Shown here in pieces: positions 47,524 to 52,416 of a DNA stretch of 52,416 nt. Numbering within the stretch: position 1 is the stretch's first letter; each line of letters begins with the position of its first letter. Source of the stretch: a virus (lineage: Duplodnaviria; Heunggongvirae; Uroviricota; Caudoviricetes); the IMG/VR virus record IMGVR_UViG_2896589216_000005; one strand, written 5' to 3'. The translations under genes were made by a program, and so were the position numbers. The notes under the pieces are model-generated. The model ran no database searches, was not told the DNA's origin, and saw only the letters and a program-made list of their open reading frames with translations.

Positions 47524-50499
47524 ATGGCAGTACTGATTTCAGGTGTACTGAAAGATGGTGCAGGTAAGCCGATACAAAACTGCACCATTCAGCTAAAGGC
47601 CAGGCGCAACAGCACCACGGTGGTGGTGAACACAGTGGCCTCAGAAAATCCGGATGAAGCCGGGCGTTATACAATGGACGTCGAGTATGGTCAGTACAGC
47701 GTCAGTCTGTTGGTGGAGGGATTCCCGCCGTCACACGCCGGGATTATCACCGTATATGAGGACTCAAAGCCGGGCACACTGAATGATTTCCTCGGTGCAA
47801 TGACGGAGGATGATGTCCGGCCAGAGGCACTGCGCCGTTTTGAACTGATGGTGGAAGAGGTGGCGCGTAACGCGTCCGCAGTGGCACAGAACACGGCAGC
47901 CGCGAAGAAGTCAGCCAGCGATGCCCGCACATCAGCCCGTGAGGCGGCAACCCATGCGACTGATGCTGCAGGCTCAGCACGCGCAGCCAGCACGTCAGCC
48001 GGACAGGCCGCGTCGTCGGCTCAGTCAGCGTCTTCCAGCGCAGGAGCGGCATCAACAAAGGCCAGTGAAGCATCGAAAAGTGCTGCTGCTGCAGAGTCCT
48101 CAAAAAGCGCGGCAGCTACCAGTGCCAGTGCCGCGAAAACGTCAGAAACGAATGCGGCAGCGTCACAACAATCAGCAGCCACTTCTGCATCCACCGCGAC
48201 CACGAAAGCGTCAGAAGCAGCCACTTCAGCACGGGATGCGTCGGCTTCAAAAGAGGCGGCAAAATCATCAGAAACGAACGCAGCCTCGAGCGCCAGCAGC
48301 GCAGCTTCCTCGGCAACGGCGGCAGCAAATTCTGCGAAGGCGGCAAAAACGTCCGAGACGAACGCCAGGTCTTCTGAAACGGCAGCGGGACAGAGCGCCT
48401 CAGCTGCGGCAGACTCAAAAACAGCGGCTGCATTATCTGCCAGTGCCGCGTCAACAAGTGCCGGGCAGGCCTCAGCCAGTGCCACCGCCGCCGGAAAATC
48501 GGCAGAAAGTGCTGCATCGTCTGCTTCAACAGCCACAACGAAGGCTGGCGAAGCCGCTGTACTGGCCAGCGCAGCAGCGAGGTCTGCTTCCGCAGCGAAG
48601 ACATCCGAGACGAACGCGAAAGCGTCGGAAACCAGCGCAGAATCCTCAAAAACGGCTGCCGCATCGTCCGCCAGTTCGGCGGCGTCATCGGCATCATCTG
48701 CGTCTGCTTCAAAAGATGAGGCGACCAGACAGGCGTCAGCAGCAAAGGGCAGCGCCACGACGGCATCCACGAAGGCGACAGAGGCAGCTGGCAGTGCGAC
48801 GGCGGCAGCTCAGAGCAAAAGTACGGCGGAATCCGCGGCAACGCGCGCTGAGACAGCGGCAAAACGGGCAGAGGATATTGCATCCGCCGTGGCGCTTGAG
48901 GATGCGAGCACGACGAAAAAGGGGATAGTACAGCTCAGCAGTGCGACTAACAGCACTTCCGAGTCACTGGCGGCAACGCCAAAAGCCGTTAAGGCCGCGT
49001 ATGAGCTGGCTAACGGGAAATACACCGCACAGGATGCAACGACAGCACAGAAAGGGATAGTTCAGCTTAGCAACGCGACCAACAGCACATCTGAAATGCT
49101 GGCGGCAACGCCAAAGTCGGTAAAGGCAGCCTATGACCTTGCTAACGGGAAATATACTGCTCAGGACGCTACGACAGCACAAAAAGGAATTGTCCAGCTC
49201 AGTAGTGCAACCAACAGCGCATCTGAAACGCTTGCCGCGACACCGAAAGCAGTGAAAGCAGCTAATGATAATGCGAATGGTCGGGTACCTTCTGCCCGTA
49301 AGGTGAATGGTAAGGCGCTTTCAGCGGATATAACACTGACGCCGAAAGATATTGGTACGCTTAACTCAACAACAATGTCATTCAGCGGTGGTGCTGGTTG
49401 GTTCAAATTAGCAACGGTAACCATGCCACAGGCGAGTTCTGTTGTTTCAATTACGTTGATTGGTGGTGCGGGATTTAACGTGGGGTCACCTCAACAGGCA
49501 GGTATATCTGAACTTGTTTTGCGTGCAGGTAATGGTAATCCGAAGGGGATTACTGGTGCTTTATGGCAGCGCACATCGACAGGGTTTACAAATTTTGCCT
49601 GGGTCAATACATCTGGTGATACTTACGATATTTACGTTGCAATCGGAAATTATGCGACTGGTGTAAATATTCAATGGGATTATACCAGTAATGCCAGCGT
49701 GACGATTCATACGTCACCAGCATATTCTGCTAATAAGCCGGAAGGGTTAACGGACGGTACAGTTTATGCACTCTATACGCCATCAGAGCAGTTTTATCCG
49801 CCTGGCGCACCAATCCCGTGGCCATCAGATACCGTTCCGTCTGGCTATGCCCTGATGCAGGGGCAGACTTTTGACAAATCTGCATACCCGAAACTTGCAG
49901 CCGCTTATCCGTCAGGCGTGATCCCTGATATGCGTGGCTGGACGATTAAGGGCAAACCCGCCAGTGGTCGTGCCGTATTGTCTCAGGAACAGGACGGCAT
50001 TAAATCGCACACCCACAGCGCCAGCGCATCCAGTACGGATTTGGGGACGAAAAACACATCGTCGTTTGATTACGGAACCAAATCCACGAATAACACCGGG
50101 GCGCATACGCACAGTCTGAGTGGCTCTACGGGGTCTGCCGGTGATCATACTCATGGTAATGGTATTCGTTGGCCAGGAGGCGGCGGTTCTGCGTTAGCAT
50201 TTTATGATGGCGGTGGGTTCACTTATGTCCAGGATTCACAGTATCAAGTAAGCCCGGGGACTTCTTCCCGTAGATCGTATTATCAACGTATTCAGACACA
50301 GTCAGCAGGTGCTCATACCCACTCGCTGTCTGGTACTGCAGCAAGTTCTGGCGCACATGCACATACTGTAGGTATTGGTGCGCATACGCACTCCGTTGCG
50401 ATTGGTTCACATGGACACACCATCACCGTTAACGCTGCTGGTAACGCGGAAAACACCGTCAAAAACATCGCATTTAACTATATTGTGAGGCTTGCATAA
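47524..50499 (+). CDS. stf: Side tail fiber Stf with Ala/Ser-rich low-complexity shaft and C-terminal HxH repeats
   Basis: N-terminus matches lambda Stf; C-terminal GAHTHS/HAHT repeats typical of phage fiber tips. Confidence 0.9.
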   Translation: MAVLISGVLKDGAGKPIQNCTIQLKARRNSTTVVVNTVASENPDEAGRYTMDVEYGQYSVSLLVEGFPPSHAGIITVYEDSKPGTLNDFLGAMTEDDVRPEALRRFELMVEEVARNASAVAQNTAAAKKSASDARTSAREAATHATDAAGSARAASTSAGQAASSAQSASSSAGAASTKASEASKSAAAAESSKSAAATSASAAKTSETNAAASQQSAATSASTATTKASEAATSARDASASKEAAKSSETNAASSASSAASSATAAANSAKAAKTSETNARSSETAAGQSASAAADSKTAAALSASAASTSAGQASASATAAGKSAESAASSASTATTKAGEAAVLASAAARSASAAKTSETNAKASETSAESSKTAAASSASSAASSASSASASKDEATRQASAAKGSATTASTKATEAAGSATAAAQSKSTAESAATRAETAAKRAEDIASAVALEDASTTKKGIVQLSSATNSTSESLAATPKAVKAAYELANGKYTAQDATTAQKGIVQLSNATNSTSEMLAATPKSVKAAYDLANGKYTAQDATTAQKGIVQLSSATNSASETLAATPKAVKAANDNANGRVPSARKVNGKALSADITLTPKDIGTLNSTTMSFSGGAGWFKLATVTMPQASSVVSITLIGGAGFNVGSPQQAGISELVLRAGNGNPKGITGALWQRTSTGFTNFAWVNTSGDTYDIYVAIGNYATGVNIQWDYTSNASVTIHTSPAYSANKPEGLTDGTVYALYTPSEQFYPPGAPIPWPSDTVPSGYALMQGQTFDKSAYPKLAAAYPSGVIPDMRGWTIKGKPASGRAVLSQEQDGIKSHTHSASASSTDLGTKNTSSFDYGTKSTNNTGAHTHSLSGSTGSAGDHTHGNGIRWPGGGGSALAFYDGGGFTYVQDSQYQVSPGTSSRRSYYQRIQTQSAGAHTHSLSGTAASSGAHAHTVGIGAHTHSVAIGSHGHTITVNAAGNAENTVKNIAFNYIVRLA
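48910..49280 (+). repeat. Three tandem 123-bp repeats inside stf (41-aa unit [39 protein letters not shown])
   Basis: Repeat units visible directly in DNA and protein. Confidence 0.65.
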
Positions 50500-51083
50500 T
50501 GGCATTCAGAATGAGTGAACAAGCACGGACCATAAAAATTTATAATCTGCTGGCCGGAACTAATGAATTTATTGGTGAAGGTGACGCATATATTCCGCCT
50601 CATACAGGTCTGCCAGCAAACAGTACCGATATTGCACCACCAGATATTCCTGCTGGCTTTGTGGCTGTTTTCAACAGTGATGAGGCATCGTGGCATCTCG
50701 TTGAAGACCATCGGGGTAAAACGGTTTATGACGTAGCGTCAGGGGACGAGTTATTTATTTCTGAACTCGGTCCGTTACCGGAAAATGTTACCTGGTTATC
50801 GCCGGAAGGGGAGTTTCAGAAGTGGAACGGCACAGCCTGGGTGAAGGATACGGAAGCAGAAAAAATGTTCCGGATCCGGGAGGCGGAAGAAACAAAAAAC
50901 AACCTGATGCAGGTAGCCAGTGAGCATATTGCGCCGCTTCAGGATGCTGCAGATCTGGAAATTGCAACGGAGGAAGAAACCTCATTGCTGGAAGCCTGGA
51001 AAAAGTATCGGGTGTTGCTGAACCGTGTTGATACATCAACTGCACCTGATATTGAGTGGCCTACGAACCCTGTCAGGGAGTAA
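50499..51083 (+). CDS. tfa: Tail fiber assembly protein Tfa
   Basis: 194-aa ORF near-identical in pattern to lambda Tfa; start overlaps the stf stop (TAATG). Confidence 0.92.
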   Translation: MAFRMSEQARTIKIYNLLAGTNEFIGEGDAYIPPHTGLPANSTDIAPPDIPAGFVAVFNSDEASWHLVEDHRGKTVYDVASGDELFISELGPLPENVTWLSPEGEFQKWNGTAWVKDTEAEKMFRIREAEETKNNLMQVASEHIAPLQDAADLEIATEEETSLLEAWKKYRVLLNRVDTSTAPDIEWPTNPVRE

Positions 51084-51097
51084 TCATTGGGATTATG

Positions 51098-51147
51098 CCG
51101 CAGCACGTCTTAAGCAAGAACGTGCTGCGGTTGGATGCTATTTTTTC
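51098..51147. terminator. Bidirectional hairpin between convergent tfa and the methyltransferase gene
   Basis: 11-bp stem CCGCAGCACGT/ACGTGCTGCGG followed by a T-run. Confidence 0.4.
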
Positions 51148-51806
51148 CCTGAAGCGGAAAACATTACTACAGTACCTTGAACCTTGGTTTTAACATTCTC
51201 GAAATGCTCTGAGAGTATATGTGTTAAGCCTTCTTCGGAATCTTTTGTGTTTGAAAAGATGCCTTTCTGATTGTAAATGCGCATCAGTTTTTGACCGAAG
51301 CTATTGTGCACAACTCCATCGCCAAGAATTGTGGCTCCGTATAGAGTTCCATCGTCAGTTAAGGCCTGCGCCGCATTGCGTATTACACAGCTTTTTGTAG
51401 ATATATTTCCAGGCAGGCAGTGAAGAAGGTAAAACATGGAAATGGAATCAAATTGACCATGTAACGCCGCGGGATAAGGTTCAAAAACATCATGGCTAAT
51501 TTTATGTTTAATTTTTGATTCCCCAGCCCTTGTAGATGCCGCGTTCAGGCTAGCTTCGTTCAAATCCATTAAAGATATCAGACTACTCTCAGGTACGTGA
51601 GTAAGGTAAAACCCAGTTCCAACACCAATATCCAGATGGTTGTTACCTACATGTTCCAGAAAGTGTGGAAGAAGGTGTTCCTTTGTAGGACATCCCCATG
51701 CAAGCCGATTTGATACTCCCAAAACCCACCAGTCATAAAGCTTTAGGGTAAGTGGTGTGTAAATTTTAGCCCCATCATCTGTGTTTTTTTTCATTGATTT
51801 CACCAT
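51138..51806 (-). CDS. Class I SAM-dependent methyltransferase (moron)
   Basis: 222-aa ORF with motif I LDIGVGTGFY; lower GC than flanks; opposite strand to the tail genes. Confidence 0.7.
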   Translation of the reverse strand: MVKSMKKNTDDGAKIYTPLTLKLYDWWVLGVSNRLAWGCPTKEHLLPHFLEHVGNNHLDIGVGTGFYLTHVPESSLISLMDLNEASLNAASTRAGESKIKHKISHDVFEPYPAALHGQFDSISMFYLLHCLPGNISTKSCVIRNAAQALTDDGTLYGATILGDGVVHNSFGQKLMRIYNQKGIFSNTKDSEEGLTHILSEHFENVKTKVQGTVVMFSASGKK

Positions 51807-51862
51807 GTTATAGTTTTATTTGTGAATTAAATCAATTATGGCGATGAATTACAAGGGGTTAA

Positions 51863-52183
51863 ATGCTGCCGCAGCATAGCGATATTGAAATAGCCTGGTA
51901 TGCTTCGATACAGCAGGAGCCGAATGGCTGGAAGACCGCCACCACACAGTTCTACATCCAGGAATTCAGTGAGTATATTGCGCCACTGCAGGATGCTGTA
52001 GATCTGGAAATCGCAACGGAGGAAGAAAGATCGTTGCTGGAGGCATGGAATAAATATCGGGTATTGTTGAATCGTGTTGATACATCAACTGCACCGATAT
52101 TGAGTGGCCTGCAAATCCTGTCAGGGAGTAATCATTGGGATTATGCCGCAGACACGTCGTATGCAGGAACGTGCTGCGGTTAG
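51863..52183 (+). pseudogene. Second, partial tfa-like 3-prime copy with a 1-bp deletion
   Basis: About 210 bp near-identical to the tfa 3-prime end ([37 protein letters not shown]); GCACCGATATT versus GCACCTGATATT shifts the frame. Confidence 0.6.
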
Positions 52184-52416
52184 TTTGTGAGCTTTCGATA
52201 GTGGTTGTTATTTTTGCCCTTATTTGTTCCGGAGGCCATGGTTCAATGGTCCGTCTGCCCCCTGTGGTGATGTCAGCAAAATCAGCCACTGCGCGAACCA
52301 CAATAGCCCGGGAAGATGCTGAAGATCACCAGGTAAAGCTGTCAGCGCAGAAACTGGAAGAACTGCTCGCATCAATGGTTAAGGATGAGGTTGATCGCAA
52401 TGATGGGATTTATTGA
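52135..52416 (+). CDS. Hypothetical small ORF at the window edge
   Basis: ORF only; possible start MVRLPP...; no recognisable family. Confidence 0.2.
   Translation: MGLCRRHVVCRNVLRLVCELSIVVVIFALICSGGHGSMVRLPPVVMSAKSATARTTIAREDAEDHQVKLSAQKLEELLASMVKDEVDRNDGIY

Noticed and set aside
47921-48928. 335-aa Arg/Gln/Pro-rich plus-strand ORF and several minus-strand ORFs (48021-48883)
   Set aside because: Alternate-frame or antisense readings of the Ala/Ser-rich low-complexity repeat inside stf
1-52416. CRISPR array or cas genes
   Set aside because: No short regularly spaced direct repeats found; the only tandem repeats are inside stf (coding) and the ~200-bp structured units

Overview
This window is almost entirely one lambdoid prophage of an enterobacterial (E. 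coli-like) host, read left to right in prophage order. It starts with integrase and excisionase, then a large exonuclease, then a Qin-type immunity region (DicA-like repressor, divergent DicC-like Cro, and a leftward dicB operon carrying an intact DicF sRNA). Next come replication genes (O-like, P-like), a chain of small early genes, a Hok-family toxin, RusA and a Q antiterminator. The late region has an orphan DNA methyltransferase, tRNA-Ile2 and tRNA-Arg plus a degenerate third tRNA, a NanS-p-like esterase and a pinholin/SAR-endolysin/Rz/Rz1 lysis cassette. After a lambda-type cos site comes a complete lambda-like morphogenesis block (nu1, A, W, B, C, D, E, FI, FII, Z, U, V, G-T, H, M, L, K, I, J, lom, stf, tfa). 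Three insertion sequences are present: IS1 inside dicB, and two IS2 copies in direct orientation. The prophage looks damaged or imperfectly sequenced: B, C and H each carry a 1-bp deletion in a G-run, and V lacks its N-terminal ~44 codons. The best candidates for undescribed cargo are the interval where Stx phages carry stx (two ~200-bp structured direct repeats plus an AT-rich ORF), a lipoprotein moron between I and J, a SAM-methyltransferase moron flanked by tfa 3-prime repeats, and an antisense ORF inside the lysis cassette. All homology statements rest on recalled family sequences and motifs, not database searches.
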